Shown: in pieces, positions 34,456 through 44,076 of the stretch | How the letters are laid out: every line of letters begins with the position of its first letter | Numbering within the stretch: the first letter of the stretch is position 1 | Source of the DNA: an uncultured Ignavibacteriales bacterium | GTDB taxonomy: Bacteria > Zixibacteria > MSB-5A5 > GN15 > JACZUZ01 | Direction: 5' to 3' | DNA: 61,853 bases | NCBI GenBank assembly: GCA_964516945.1 | Contig: CAZFAL010000001.1 | Span: 1 to 61,853, forward strand | Notes under the pieces: model-generated | Database searches by the model: none | What the model saw: the letters and a program-made list of their open reading frames with translations, nothing else | What the model was told of the DNA's origin: nothing | Position numbers and translations under genes: made by a program

Positions 34456-35831
34456 TGAGTCTGCTCCAATGTATCAATGGATTGTTTATCAGAAGGTAAG
34501 GATGTCGTCGCCGACAAGGGCAATTGTATCCGAAAGGTTGTCCCGCAGCCGGGCGCGGACTCAACAGCTATTTCCCCGCCATGGGCATTGATTAGTTTTC
34601 GGGACAGCGGCAACCCCAACCCCGAGCCGCTGGCCTTCGTTGTGAAAAACGGACGGAAAATGTCACTCAGCGCATCCGGCTGTATTCCGGGACCGTTGTC
34701 ACGAATCTCAAAACAAACTGTCTCCGCCTGCGGCTCACGATTCCCGACTACCACATGGCACGTCACCGGCTCGGCAGTCGCTTCATGCGCATTGCGGATG
34801 ATATTGACAATGGCTTCCCGAAACACCAATTGGTCTATGTCGACAACAAGTTTGTCGTCAGCGGCGCTGAAATTCACCGCTCCGGTCAGATTGTCATCCT
34901 TGCCGCTACGCTCATTGTATTGCCTGACTATCTTGCGCAAGTATCTATTCAAGTTCGTAGGACGTAGCGAAAGCGTCTCAGTGCGGGAAAAGCGCAATAG
35001 CGCGTCAATCACACGCTCAAGATTGTTGACTCCCTTGAGAATCAACTCCGCATGCGCCTTGTTCTTGCTCCCTTTGGCCGGTTGTGCGCTAATGAGAGAG
35101 GCAAACCCCTTGACACTCACCAGCGGATTACGCACCTGATGCGCAACTGTGGCGGCCATTTCACCAATTGCCGCTAGTGACTCCATGCGGGTCAACTTGC
35201 GCTCCATCAGTTTCGTTTCAGTAATGTCCTGAAACGCTTCCACTGAGCCGAATGGTTCGCCATGTTTGTTCAACAGAGGCGCCGAACTCCACAGGTATGT
35301 CTTTTCAACATCGTTGTCGGTAAACGTCACCTCAACCCCGCGGGGGGAGCTGGCGGTACCGTCTGCGGAGCGCCGGGCCTGCGGTCCGGAAAGCGAATCC
35401 AGCCCTACAACATCTTCCAATAACCGTCCGGGAGCGTCCTCTACCGCCACGCCGAAAAGCGATTCTGCGGCAGGATTGAGATGGGTGATCCTGCGCTCTT
35501 TATCCACGACAATAATACCCGTAGACACGGAACATAACACACTATTGAGAAATTCCATCGCCGCATGGTTGCGGCGAGTCAAGGCCTGCAATGATTCATT
35601 GGCCTCTGCGAGAGCAGCGGCCTGGCGCTGGCTTTCGTCTTTGAGGTCAAGATACTGACGTCGCAGTCGATTGAGGACATTCGTGAAGGCGCGATAGGAA
35701 TCCACAAAGTTCCCGGTATCACAGGACTCTGCGCTCCCAGGCGCTGCCATATCATCCTTCGAATCACCGTCCCGGAGACCAGGGAGCGCTTCCTTAGGCA
35801 GCGCTTCATGTAGTGTTTTGACGATTTCCAT
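34452..35831 (-). CDS. Cytoplasmic PAS-domain sensor histidine kinase (FlrB/FleS-like)
   Basis: No TM segment is evident. There is a PAS-like region (GIIVVDKERRITHLNPAAESLFG), an H-box (EMAATVAHQVRNPL), and N/G boxes (IIRNAHEAT, IRDNGPGI, GSGLGLPLS). A 4-nt overlap with the regulator gene is present. Confidence 0.88.
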   Translation of the reverse strand: MEIVKTLHEALPKEALPGLRDGDSKDDMAAPGSAESCDTGNFVDSYRAFTNVLNRLRRQYLDLKDESQRQAAALAEANESLQALTRRNHAAMEFLNSVLCSVSTGIIVVDKERRITHLNPAAESLFGVAVEDAPGRLLEDVVGLDSLSGPQARRSADGTASSPRGVEVTFTDNDVEKTYLWSSAPLLNKHGEPFGSVEAFQDITETKLMERKLTRMESLAAIGEMAATVAHQVRNPLVSVKGFASLISAQPAKGSKNKAHAELILKGVNNLERVIDALLRFSRTETLSLRPTNLNRYLRKIVRQYNERSGKDDNLTGAVNFSAADDKLVVDIDQLVFREAIVNIIRNAHEATAEPVTCHVVVGNREPQAETVCFEIRDNGPGIQPDALSDIFRPFFTTKASGSGLGLPLSRKLINAHGGEIAVESAPGCGTTFRIQLPLSATTSLPSDKQSIDTLEQTQ

Positions 35832-35856
35832 TACCCCGCTCTGACTCTGATTGGTT

Positions 35857-35877
35857 CAACCATGTGAGACATGGTTG
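35857..35877. repeat. Perfect 8-bp inverted repeat upstream of the kinase gene
   Basis: CAACCATG-TGAGA-CATGGTTG, 26-46 nt upstream of the ATG at 35831. It may be an operator; no U-tract follows it. Confidence 0.5.
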
Positions 35878-35915
35878 CACTTCAGAAGCTACACGGAGGA
35901 CGATTCAAATTCAAC

Positions 35916-35950
35916 AAATAAAAACCGGATAAGAGCCGGCCGATATCCGG
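35916..35950 (-). terminator. Rho-independent terminator ending the che operon
   Basis: Minus strand reads CCGGAUA-(12 nt)-UAUCCGG followed by UUUUUAUUU, about 150 nt downstream of the cheB stop. Confidence 0.6.
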
Positions 35951-36102
35951 CTGACCGGATCGGCCAGCCGGGCCAGACTAACCAGACTGTCCAAACTGAC
36001 CAATACCGGGAATTGGGTGGCAAATTGCCGCTATAGATTATCTCTTAGATGAGAAGCTTTTGGGCGGATACTCTGGCAGCGAATCCTGTAGTAGCGAAGT
36101 CT

Positions 36103-37200
36103 TTAGAAAAAGCTCAATATCTCGTCTGTCACCCGCTCAATCGGGGCCACAATATCGGCAATCTCGCCTTCAACAATCGCTCGCGGCATCCCGTACACTA
36201 CACAGGAATCTTCATCCTGCGCAATCACCTGACCACCTTGCCGGTGCAATTCCTTACAGGCCTCAAAGCCGTCATTACCCATACCGGTGAGGACGATGCC
36301 AAGTGTTCTTTTACCGAACTTCTTCACAACCGAGTCCATCATGACATTCACACAGGGTTTGTACAAACTATCCGACGGAGTCTGTGTCAGGCGAATTATC
36401 GGCTTGCTGACGCCGGGAGTCAGCACCATGTGGCTGTCTCCGGGCGCAATATACACATGACCGGCCAGCGCCTCTTCACCATTGCGGGCTTCGGAAACTG
36501 TGACTTCAGAGAGCGAGTTCAGTCTGTCTGCCAGTGATTTGGTGAATTTGGGCGGCATATGCTGAACAATAAACATCGGGACCGGCAGGTTCTTTGGTAG
36601 TCTGGTGATAACTGTCTGCAACGCAGGCGGTCCACCTGTGCTGGAGCCAAGAGCAATCGCCTTGATGGCAAAGCGACGCCTGTCTGACTTTTTCGCAGGA
36701 GAAGTTGTAGCCGCAGAGGCAACCTGGTGTCCACTCTTCGTAGCTTTTTTCCAACTTAAACGTTGTCGCGCTCTGGCCATCAGAATAGACTTGCGACGGG
36801 CGATATTCTTGATTTTTTCCAGCAAGTCGTCTTTGATATTGACGATGTCCAGCGAGACAAACGAGAGTTCTTTTGGAATAAAGTCAACAGCGCCCAGGTC
36901 GAGCGCTTCAAGAGTTGTCTCGGCGCCTTCTGTTGTGATGCTGCTAACCATCATCACCGGAGTCGGCTCTTCCTCCATGATCTGCCGTAACGCGCTGAGA
37001 CCATCCATACGCGGCATCTCAACATCCATGGTAACAAGGTCAGGCTTGAGCTCTTTGACTTTCCTGACACCGTCTTCACCGTCTCGGCCCGTTCCAACAA
37101 CTTCAATTTCCGGATCGGACTCAAGCATCATGGTGATTGCTTTGCGCATAAACGCAGAGTCATCTACAACTAATACACGTGTTTTATTTGTCTTTGTCAT
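36103..37200 (-). CDS. cheB: Chemotaxis methylesterase/deamidase CheB (REC + CheB_methylest)
   Basis: REC domain (VLVVDDSAFMRK...DVEMPRMDG) and esterase domain (IALGSSTGGPPAL, ...GMGNDG...QDEDSCVVYGMPRA). Confidence 0.95.
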   Translation of the reverse strand: MTKTNKTRVLVVDDSAFMRKAITMMLESDPEIEVVGTGRDGEDGVRKVKELKPDLVTMDVEMPRMDGLSALRQIMEEEPTPVMMVSSITTEGAETTLEALDLGAVDFIPKELSFVSLDIVNIKDDLLEKIKNIARRKSILMARARQRLSWKKATKSGHQVASAATTSPAKKSDRRRFAIKAIALGSSTGGPPALQTVITRLPKNLPVPMFIVQHMPPKFTKSLADRLNSLSEVTVSEARNGEEALAGHVYIAPGDSHMVLTPGVSKPIIRLTQTPSDSLYKPCVNVMMDSVVKKFGKRTLGIVLTGMGNDGFEACKELHRQGGQVIAQDEDSCVVYGMPRAIVEGEIADIVAPIERVTDEILSFF

Positions 37201-37257
37201 TTTGTTATTCTCATATCTGCGGAATAAAGATAAACCATATGCAACAGTCGCTTCTGC

Positions 37258-39147
37258 CTACGACGCCATTTTTTGCGCCAACCCAAATATGCCCGCAACA
37301 TCAACGATTAATCGCACCCGCCCGTCTCCAAGAATTGTCGCTCCGGCGAGTCCTTCAATATTCCCGAACAATTTGCCGAGCGACTTAATCACTACTTCTT
37401 CCTGGCCAATTAAGTCGTCGACGACGAGTCCAAGACGGCTCTCGGCTAAACCGACGACGACGACGTTGCTGGACTTGTCCTCCGTCGGCTTCCAGTCTGC
37501 GGCGTCACGCAGTACACGCGGCAGGAACAAGAGCGGCAACACCGAGTCACGAAGATGGATAACTTCTGTGCCATTGACATAGTTTATGTCTTTGCGCGTG
37601 ACATTGACAATTTCATGTACACTGGCCAGCGGAATGATGTATATATCATCATTCGCGCGCACCAATAGTCCCTGAATGATTGACAACGTCAACGGCAGCT
37701 TGATAGTGATTGTCGTCCCTTCACCACGGACCGATGCAATCTCAATCATGCCGTTGAGTTTTTCAATGTTGGAACGCACTACATCCATCCCAACACCTCG
37801 CCCGGAGACATCACTGACAACTTTTGCTGTTGAGAACCCCGGAGCAAAGATGAAGCGGAAAATCTCGCCCTCGGTCAACCGCTCAATCTCCGACTCCGAT
37901 GCAAGACCCCGCTCAACCGCCTTGCTCTTAATCGCCTCCAGATCAAGTCCTCTGCCGTCGTCCTTGATTTCAACAATAATATTTGAGCCCTGCGAATATG
38001 CGCTCAGGACAACACTGCCGGTCTCCGGTTTGCCGGCGGCCTTCCTCTCCTCAGGCGGCTCGATCCCATGGTCACAGGAATTTCTCACAAGGTGAACAAG
38101 CGGATCGCCGATTTCTTCAATGACTGTTTTGTCTAATTCTGTGCCTTCGCCTTCAAGTGTCAAATTAATTTTTTTGCCGGTCGATGAAGCCAGGTCACGC
38201 ACAACACGTGGAAAACGACTAAACACTTTTCCAATCGGAAGCATACGCAGTTTCATGACTGAATTCTGGAGTTCAGTGGTCACAAAACTGATTTGGGAAG
38301 TAATACCTGCTATTCGCTCTTGCGAGTCATGCTCAGATATTGAGCCCGCGGCAATTTCTGAATTAGCAGACAACAGACTGTTGCGACCAAGCACAAGTTC
38401 ACCGACGAGATTCATCAGTGAGTCAAGACGGTCAACACCAACCCGAACTGTCTGTTCTATCTTTCGTGCGCCACTCTGACGCCCGGCGTTCGTTGCAGAT
38501 TCTTTTGCTGTTCCGGTTGCAACATCAGCTTTTGCTGCCGAGGACTGCCCGGGCGTCGACTCATTGGCCAGCGCTTTCGCGAGCGCTTCCTGAATCTCAG
38601 CGTCAAAGGCAACTTCATCAAACTCTTCGCCGTCTTCTTCAGCTACTTCACTTTTCGCGGAGTCAGCAGACGTTTTCGGCTTTCCGGAGGCGGACTTGTC
38701 ATTCGCAGTTGCTTCTGAACTATTGATGCGTTCAAGTTCTGCAATCAACCCCGAAACATCCCGCTTCACGATTTTGTTATTGCGAACATCGTCAAGCAAC
38801 AGTTTCAAGTTGTCAAGCCCCTCAAGGAGCGCGTCCATTATGTGAGCTTCAACGTGGATCTCCGCCTTGCGTAAGCGATTGAGCACATCTTCCATCTTGT
38901 GCGTCAGGTCGGTAATCTGATCTAATCCCAGAAAGCTGGAATTGCCCTTAATAGTGTGCGCGCCACGGAAAATACTATTGAGCAGCTCAAGGTCATCCGG
39001 TGACGTTTCCAGAGCCACAAGATCACTGTCAAGGGCATCAATCAAGTCGGCGGCTTCGACGAGGAAATCCTCAACGAAGTCCTGCATATCCTCCGGGACT
39101 TGCAGAGATTCGGTGTCAGTCGGTAGTTCTTCAACGTTTTGTTTCAT
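37258..39147 (-). CDS. cheA: Chemotaxis histidine kinase CheA (P1-linker-P3-P4-P5; no recognisable P2)
   Basis: Hpt domain (FRGAHTIKGNSSFLG). A low-complexity linker of about 100 aa. Dimerisation and HATPase domains (IKDDGRGLD, SGRGVGMDVV). A C-terminal CheW-like domain. Confidence 0.95.
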   Translation of the reverse strand: MKQNVEELPTDTESLQVPEDMQDFVEDFLVEAADLIDALDSDLVALETSPDDLELLNSIFRGAHTIKGNSSFLGLDQITDLTHKMEDVLNRLRKAEIHVEAHIMDALLEGLDNLKLLLDDVRNNKIVKRDVSGLIAELERINSSEATANDKSASGKPKTSADSAKSEVAEEDGEEFDEVAFDAEIQEALAKALANESTPGQSSAAKADVATGTAKESATNAGRQSGARKIEQTVRVGVDRLDSLMNLVGELVLGRNSLLSANSEIAAGSISEHDSQERIAGITSQISFVTTELQNSVMKLRMLPIGKVFSRFPRVVRDLASSTGKKINLTLEGEGTELDKTVIEEIGDPLVHLVRNSCDHGIEPPEERKAAGKPETGSVVLSAYSQGSNIIVEIKDDGRGLDLEAIKSKAVERGLASESEIERLTEGEIFRFIFAPGFSTAKVVSDVSGRGVGMDVVRSNIEKLNGMIEIASVRGEGTTITIKLPLTLSIIQGLLVRANDDIYIIPLASVHEIVNVTRKDINYVNGTEVIHLRDSVLPLLFLPRVLRDAADWKPTEDKSSNVVVVGLAESRLGLVVDDLIGQEEVVIKSLGKLFGNIEGLAGATILGDGRVRLIVDVAGIFGLAQKMAS

Positions 39148-39790
39148 TGGACATCTTTATCAGGTTGTCAATACCGGCTTGATCAGTATGCTTAATCTCC
39201 ATGTCAGCATGCGGATCAAACGCCCGGTCTTTTCGTTTCTTCTTTTCAGCGGACTTTGCCTGCTTATCTGAATCTCCAACGAGTCCGTCGTAATCCCCAA
39301 GTATTTCAGCAATTTTGTCGTCAACGTCCTCCAATAAACTCGCGGCATGGTTGATTTGCTGGGTGGTTATATCCTGGAACTGGAGAGCATCCATGATAGT
39401 GAATGCGTCATTCTGAGAGCGGTTGGCAATTTCCTCTGCGCTTTCCAATAGCCCGACTATCGTGGAGCTGTCTTCTTTTGTGTCAGCCAGAGAGTTCAAC
39501 GCTTCGTTCAGATGCTTGATTATTTCCACCTGCTGAGCGGAGATATTCTCGACCATGTCCATTACACGATGCGCGGCCTGTTCTGTCTGCGAACTGATTC
39601 TGTCTAAATGCGTGGTCGCTTTAGGCAGGTTCTCTCTGGTATCTGTCAATGGTCCCTGAATCTCCCGCAAACTATGCGCGAGATCTTCAATAGTGCTCTT
39701 CAACGCTCCCAACCCTCTCTTGAGACTACCGCTTTGCGCCATCGGATTAGCGCCACTACCAGCGGCCTCTGTCTTCTTCTTGGCGGTCAT
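39131..39790 (-). CDS. cheZ: CheZ-family CheY-P phosphatase
   Basis: Helical protein with the LQFQDITTQQINH motif (compare the DFQDLTGQ catalytic region of CheZ) and the C-terminal peptide DQAGIDNLIKM (compare the CheZ CheY-binding tail). It lies immediately downstream of cheY. Confidence 0.65.
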   Translation of the reverse strand: MTAKKKTEAAGSGANPMAQSGSLKRGLGALKSTIEDLAHSLREIQGPLTDTRENLPKATTHLDRISSQTEQAAHRVMDMVENISAQQVEIIKHLNEALNSLADTKEDSSTIVGLLESAEEIANRSQNDAFTIMDALQFQDITTQQINHAASLLEDVDDKIAEILGDYDGLVGDSDKQAKSAEKKKRKDRAFDPHADMEIKHTDQAGIDNLIKMSNETKR

Positions 39791-39791
39791 C

Positions 39792-40172
39792 TCAGGATCC
39801 CCCTTTAAGGACTTCGTCGATTTTCGACTTGAGTGTATCCGGTGTGAACGGCTTCACGATATAATTATTCACTCCCGCCTTCAACGCCTCCACAATGTCT
39901 TCCTTTACCGACCGCGTGGTGACCATCAACACCGGTATTTTCGCATGGTTCGCGTTACTGCGCATATTTGTTACAAACGACAAACCGTCCATTTCAGGCA
40001 TATTCCAGTCTGTAATAACAAAGTCTATCTTTTCGGTTTCCATCTTCGCGAGAGCGTCTTTCCCATGCTCCGCCTCGATAACGTCCGTGTAACCCGCCCT
40101 GCCAAGCGTATTGATGATTATCCGACGCATAGTCGGGGAATCATCCACGGCAAGAATTTTCATGTCAGCCAT
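39792..40172 (-). CDS. cheY: Chemotaxis response regulator CheY
   Basis: Single REC domain of 126 aa: KILAVDDSPTMRRII...FVITDWNMPEMDG...NNYIVKPFT. Confidence 0.93.
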   Translation of the reverse strand: MADMKILAVDDSPTMRRIIINTLGRAGYTDVIEAEHGKDALAKMETEKIDFVITDWNMPEMDGLSFVTNMRSNANHAKIPVLMVTTRSVKEDIVEALKAGVNNYIVKPFTPDTLKSKIDEVLKGGS

Positions 40173-40201
40173 AATCCTATCTCCACTATTACTATTATTT
40201 T

Positions 40202-40579
40202 TCAGCCATCAATGTATTTCGTAACTTCAGCGAGAAGCGTATCCGGACGAAACGGCTTTACAAGATATGAGGTCGCTCCAACTTCCATACCGCGCTCCCG
40301 GTCTTCACTTCCTTCCTCAGAAGACAAAATGATTATTGGCGTCTCTTTGTGCGCCTCATCATTGCGCAATGTTCCGATAAGCGTATAGCCATCTACATTC
40401 GGCATGTTCAAATCAGTGATGACCATACTGATATCTCCGTCAACACCCGAGATTTTCTCCATCGCATCCATTCCGTCACAAGCTGTAATAACTTCATACC
40501 CCTTGTTTTTCAATGCGAATGACACAAATTTGACAACAGTCATTGAATCATCCACTACAACAATTCTTTTCTTATCCAT
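40202..40579 (-). CDS. Second CheY-like single-domain response regulator
   Basis: RIVVVDDSMTVVKF...MVITDLNMPNVDG...SYLVKPFRP; 125 aa. Confidence 0.85.
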   Translation of the reverse strand: MDKKRIVVVDDSMTVVKFVSFALKNKGYEVITACDGMDAMEKISGVDGDISMVITDLNMPNVDGYTLIGTLRNDEAHKETPIIILSSEEGSEDRERGMEVGATSYLVKPFRPDTLLAEVTKYIDG

Positions 40580-40591
40580 AACAGTTTCCGA

Positions 40592-41659
40592 CTATTTTGT
40601 GGCAAAGTTCTTTTGCGCCGCTTGTTTAGCTTTTATTTGAGCGAGTAACTCAAGGGCTTTCGTCGCGCCGCTTTTCTTCGCAGAAACAGCAGTGGTCGGC
40701 CGAGTCGCTCGTATTTCACTTCTTGCCATCGTAGATGCCTGTGAAGACACATGTGAAGACACCTGCGACGAAGACGACCGCGCATCGGCCCCTCGCTCCT
40801 TCTCACTTTCGTCCTTGACGTACACCAGCGCCCCGTTGTAATACTTCAGCTTAAACGCCTTCGAAATTCCGTGCAACGTTTCTGAATGTCCAATGAACAT
40901 GTGTCCACCGGTCGTGAGGGCCTGGTAGAATGCGCGCACAATTCTTCGCTTAACATCCTCAGAGAAATATATCATCACATTTCTACAGAAGATGACGTCC
41001 AGATTCTTGTATAGCGACAGTTTGTGCGTGTCATTCAAATTGAGTTGTACAAACTTCACGAGCGCCTTTACTTCACGCTTCACCTTGTACGAATCACCAT
41101 CCTTGTCGAAGAAGCGGCGCAGTACGTCCGGTTTTACATAGCGCAATGTCGGCCCCGCATATACTCCGGACCGCGCCTTTTGAAGGGCCTGCTCACTGAT
41201 ATCATTGGCAATGATTTCAATCTGCCAGCCGCTTTCACCATTTAGCGCATCCAGAATCAACATTGCCAGTGTATACGGTTCTTCACCGGTAGAACAACCC
41301 GCCGACCAGATTCGCAGTGTCTTGTTGCCGGAGCGCGTACGCTTCATCTCCAGAATTTCCGGCAACGCCGCCTTCGCAAAGGAATCCAGTTGCGGTTCAT
41401 TACGGAAATAGTATGTTTCATTTGTCGTGACAAGATTCATCAACTCGTTGAATTCTCGTTGCGACGCATCGTATTTCACCCGGTAGAAATAATCGCGAAA
41501 AGTCGCGACCCCGAGCTCATCCATTCGTTTCGCCAGTCGACTTTGAAGCAAATATAGTTTATTGTCAGCGAAATACATTCCCGCCTTCTCGTGAATGAAT
41601 TCACGCATGGTGCGAAAGTCTTCGATGCTCAATGTCTGTGTATCACCAACCGGTGGCAT
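40592..41659 (-). CDS. cheR: Chemotaxis methyltransferase CheR with a Ser-rich C-terminal tail of about 80 aa
   Basis: CheR N-domain plus SAM domain (LRIWSAGCSTGEEPYTLAM...DVIFCRNVMIYF). It is followed by a low-complexity tail (SSSSQVSSHVSSQAS...). Confidence 0.93.
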   Translation of the reverse strand: MPPVGDTQTLSIEDFRTMREFIHEKAGMYFADNKLYLLQSRLAKRMDELGVATFRDYFYRVKYDASQREFNELMNLVTTNETYYFRNEPQLDSFAKAALPEILEMKRTRSGNKTLRIWSAGCSTGEEPYTLAMLILDALNGESGWQIEIIANDISEQALQKARSGVYAGPTLRYVKPDVLRRFFDKDGDSYKVKREVKALVKFVQLNLNDTHKLSLYKNLDVIFCRNVMIYFSEDVKRRIVRAFYQALTTGGHMFIGHSETLHGISKAFKLKYYNGALVYVKDESEKERGADARSSSSQVSSHVSSQASTMARSEIRATRPTTAVSAKKSGATKALELLAQIKAKQAAQKNFATK

Positions 41660-41745
41660 TCCCGTGTCCTTTGCGCCTCGACGGCCATTTCTGAATCGTT
41701 CCCTGATGCTTCTTCTGTTTTATGCACAGATACAAACTGAAGTTC

Positions 41746-42126
41746 TCATACGTCATTACTTCTACCGGCGGCTTTTTCGACCGACTTGAACAGTTTCGGC
41801 ATACTGAATGGCTTGACAATATAATCGTCCACCCGTTGCTGTAGCGCTCGAATGGCGCTGTCAACTGACGGATAACCGGTAACCACAACAATCGGCTGGT
41901 CCGGCTTAACTTCTTTCATTCTGTCAATCAACGTGGCGCCATCCATCTCCGGCATCTTCAGGTCCGTCAGGACGACATTAAAGTCGCCGTTTTCGAATGC
42001 GCGGAGCGCTCTTTCTCCGTTGTCAACGATGGTAACGTCCCATTCACGCTCATTAAAGAAATCGTAAATCAGATCCCGGATAAGCAATTCGTCATCGACA
42101 ACCAATATGTTATTGCGCTTCATCAT
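41746..42126 (-). CDS. Orphan single-domain response regulator (REC only)
   Basis: ILVVDDELLIRDLI...VVLTDLKMPEMDG...DDYIVKPFS. It has a 4-nt overlap with the upstream HEAT-repeat gene. Confidence 0.85.
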   Translation of the reverse strand: MMKRNNILVVDDELLIRDLIYDFFNEREWDVTIVDNGERALRAFENGDFNVVLTDLKMPEMDGATLIDRMKEVKPDQPIVVVTGYPSVDSAIRALQQRVDDYIVKPFSMPKLFKSVEKAAGRSNDV

Positions 42127-44033
42127 GAAACACCTTTCTGTAGCTGAGCGAGAGCTTCATTGCGCGCTGTCTCTATCTCTGCGTCAGACGCCGACGTAAG
42201 GTTCTGCAAGAACGCTATTAGAGAATCATCTTTCATCTGCCCAAGAGCGTTGATGGCGGCCACGCGCACAGGCGTGTCACCATGCATTGCCTTCTCCTGG
42301 AGTAACGATATCGCTTCATCTGTACGAATCGCACACAAAGTAGAAATCACATGGAATTGAAGCAACACGTCATCATCCAGCAGAAACGGCTTGAGCGCTC
42401 TGACTGCTTCCTGCTTGTGGTGTTTTGCCATTTGCGTCATGGCCACTCGCTGCACCGCTTCGTTTTCATCGTTGATAAGTATCGCAAATGTTTCCACGCC
42501 AGGCGCCGTTCCCATCCGACACAACGCTTCCAACGCCGCCTTTCTGACATGCGGATCATCGTGCGACAATGCGCCTTTGAGCGGTTCAGCGACATTATTC
42601 TCGCCGATCCAGCCCAGGGCGCTGGCGGCCAGCCGTTGAGACTCAGGATTTGTGGATTCCAATTCCGCTGTGAAGTAATCCACAACCCGTTGCCCGCCGA
42701 TTGTTACGAGAGCGCCAACACACGCCTCACGGACATCCGTGAACTCATCAGTGAGTCCACTCAATATTGAACTGACCGCTCCCTCCTCGCCGATCCAACC
42801 AATGCCACGATAAGCTACCGCGCGCACATGTCCGACCGGGTCTTTCAACATTTCTGTCAATGCCTGCAAGGAGATAGCGTCACCTATCCTGCCAAGAATG
42901 GACGCTACCCGAATCCGGACTTCCGGCTCGTCGGATTTTGCCAACGCCACCATGCGGTTACTGGATTCGGGACGCATACAATTAAGTAGCGCATCGAGTA
43001 AAAGCAGCTTGTCACAGTCTTTGCAGGTTTCAATCTGTTTGAGAATCAACTCGTCAAGATTCGAGTGGATATTGCCGCAGTGTTCAACTAACCGTGACCA
43101 GATATCATCCGCGACCTTCCCGACTGATTTCAGTAGTTCCTGCGCAAGAGCTTCGTCTCGCCAAAGGTCCTCGTTGTGAAGAGCAAAGTCTGCAACCACG
43201 TCGTCGTTTTCGACTAAGCCGGCAATGACACACTCCCGCAAGCGCTCGGCTGAGAGGTAATTATTGAGCTCAGCAAGACTACCGTCCGTCATTTTCAAAG
43301 CCGCCTTGAATGCTTCGCCGGCTATTGCCAGAGATTCATCATTCACTAATTTCGCTACCTCTTGCAATGCGCGTGGTGAACCAATCGCTCCGAGCGCTTC
43401 TGAGGCGACAAATGACAGAAGCGCATCACCTGATTTCAGATGCGATACAAGGAACGGTATCGCCTCCGGGTCCTCAATCCTACCCAGCGCTTCAATCGCC
43501 CGGGGACGCACATCGGGAATCTTCTCTCCGGCGGCAATCAGCGCCGTCGTTGCGGCAGGATTTCGCAATAATCCCAGCGCTTCTGCGGCGCTACAGCAGA
43601 CATTGATATTCTCATCCCAGAGCAACTGGCAGAGCGGCTCAACCGCGCGACTGTCCTCAATAAGCCCGAGCACATCCGCCACAAACTTGCGAACATCGTG
43701 ATCATCATGACCAATCCATTGCAAAAGCGCAGGGACGGCATCCGGACCGATACGCACCAGAATCTCGGCCGCCAGATTGCGGGTTGTAATGTTTTCGGCG
43801 CCAAGAAACTGCGACAGCAACGCTGTAGTAGTTTCACCTTTCACTTGAGAGAGCGCATCTGCGGCCAATTCACGGATATTGGCGCTACTGTCCTCAAGTG
43901 ACATCACCAGACCGGCAATCGCCTCATCGGAGTCAATCGTCGACAACTCTTCAACTGCCTGCTCACGTATCGTGACGTCTTCGGATTGGAGCTGGTCTAA
44001 CAACTCAGCAACATGTTCTACTGTTTCATCCAT
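42123..44033 (-). CDS. HEAT-repeat (PBS-lyase-type) protein, 636 aa
   Basis: More than 12 tandem units of the D..VR..A..ALG.IGD..A...L type, for example DHDVRKFVADVLGLIEDSRAVEPL and DPHVRKAALEALCRMG. Confidence 0.8.
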   Translation of the reverse strand: MDETVEHVAELLDQLQSEDVTIREQAVEELSTIDSDEAIAGLVMSLEDSSANIRELAADALSQVKGETTTALLSQFLGAENITTRNLAAEILVRIGPDAVPALLQWIGHDDHDVRKFVADVLGLIEDSRAVEPLCQLLWDENINVCCSAAEALGLLRNPAATTALIAAGEKIPDVRPRAIEALGRIEDPEAIPFLVSHLKSGDALLSFVASEALGAIGSPRALQEVAKLVNDESLAIAGEAFKAALKMTDGSLAELNNYLSAERLRECVIAGLVENDDVVADFALHNEDLWRDEALAQELLKSVGKVADDIWSRLVEHCGNIHSNLDELILKQIETCKDCDKLLLLDALLNCMRPESSNRMVALAKSDEPEVRIRVASILGRIGDAISLQALTEMLKDPVGHVRAVAYRGIGWIGEEGAVSSILSGLTDEFTDVREACVGALVTIGGQRVVDYFTAELESTNPESQRLAASALGWIGENNVAEPLKGALSHDDPHVRKAALEALCRMGTAPGVETFAILINDENEAVQRVAMTQMAKHHKQEAVRALKPFLLDDDVLLQFHVISTLCAIRTDEAISLLQEKAMHGDTPVRVAAINALGQMKDDSLIAFLQNLTSASDAEIETARNEALAQLQKGVS

Positions 44034-44076
44034 AGCGCTCTCCTTGCATTGACGGCTTCCTATTCACATGCGCTGA

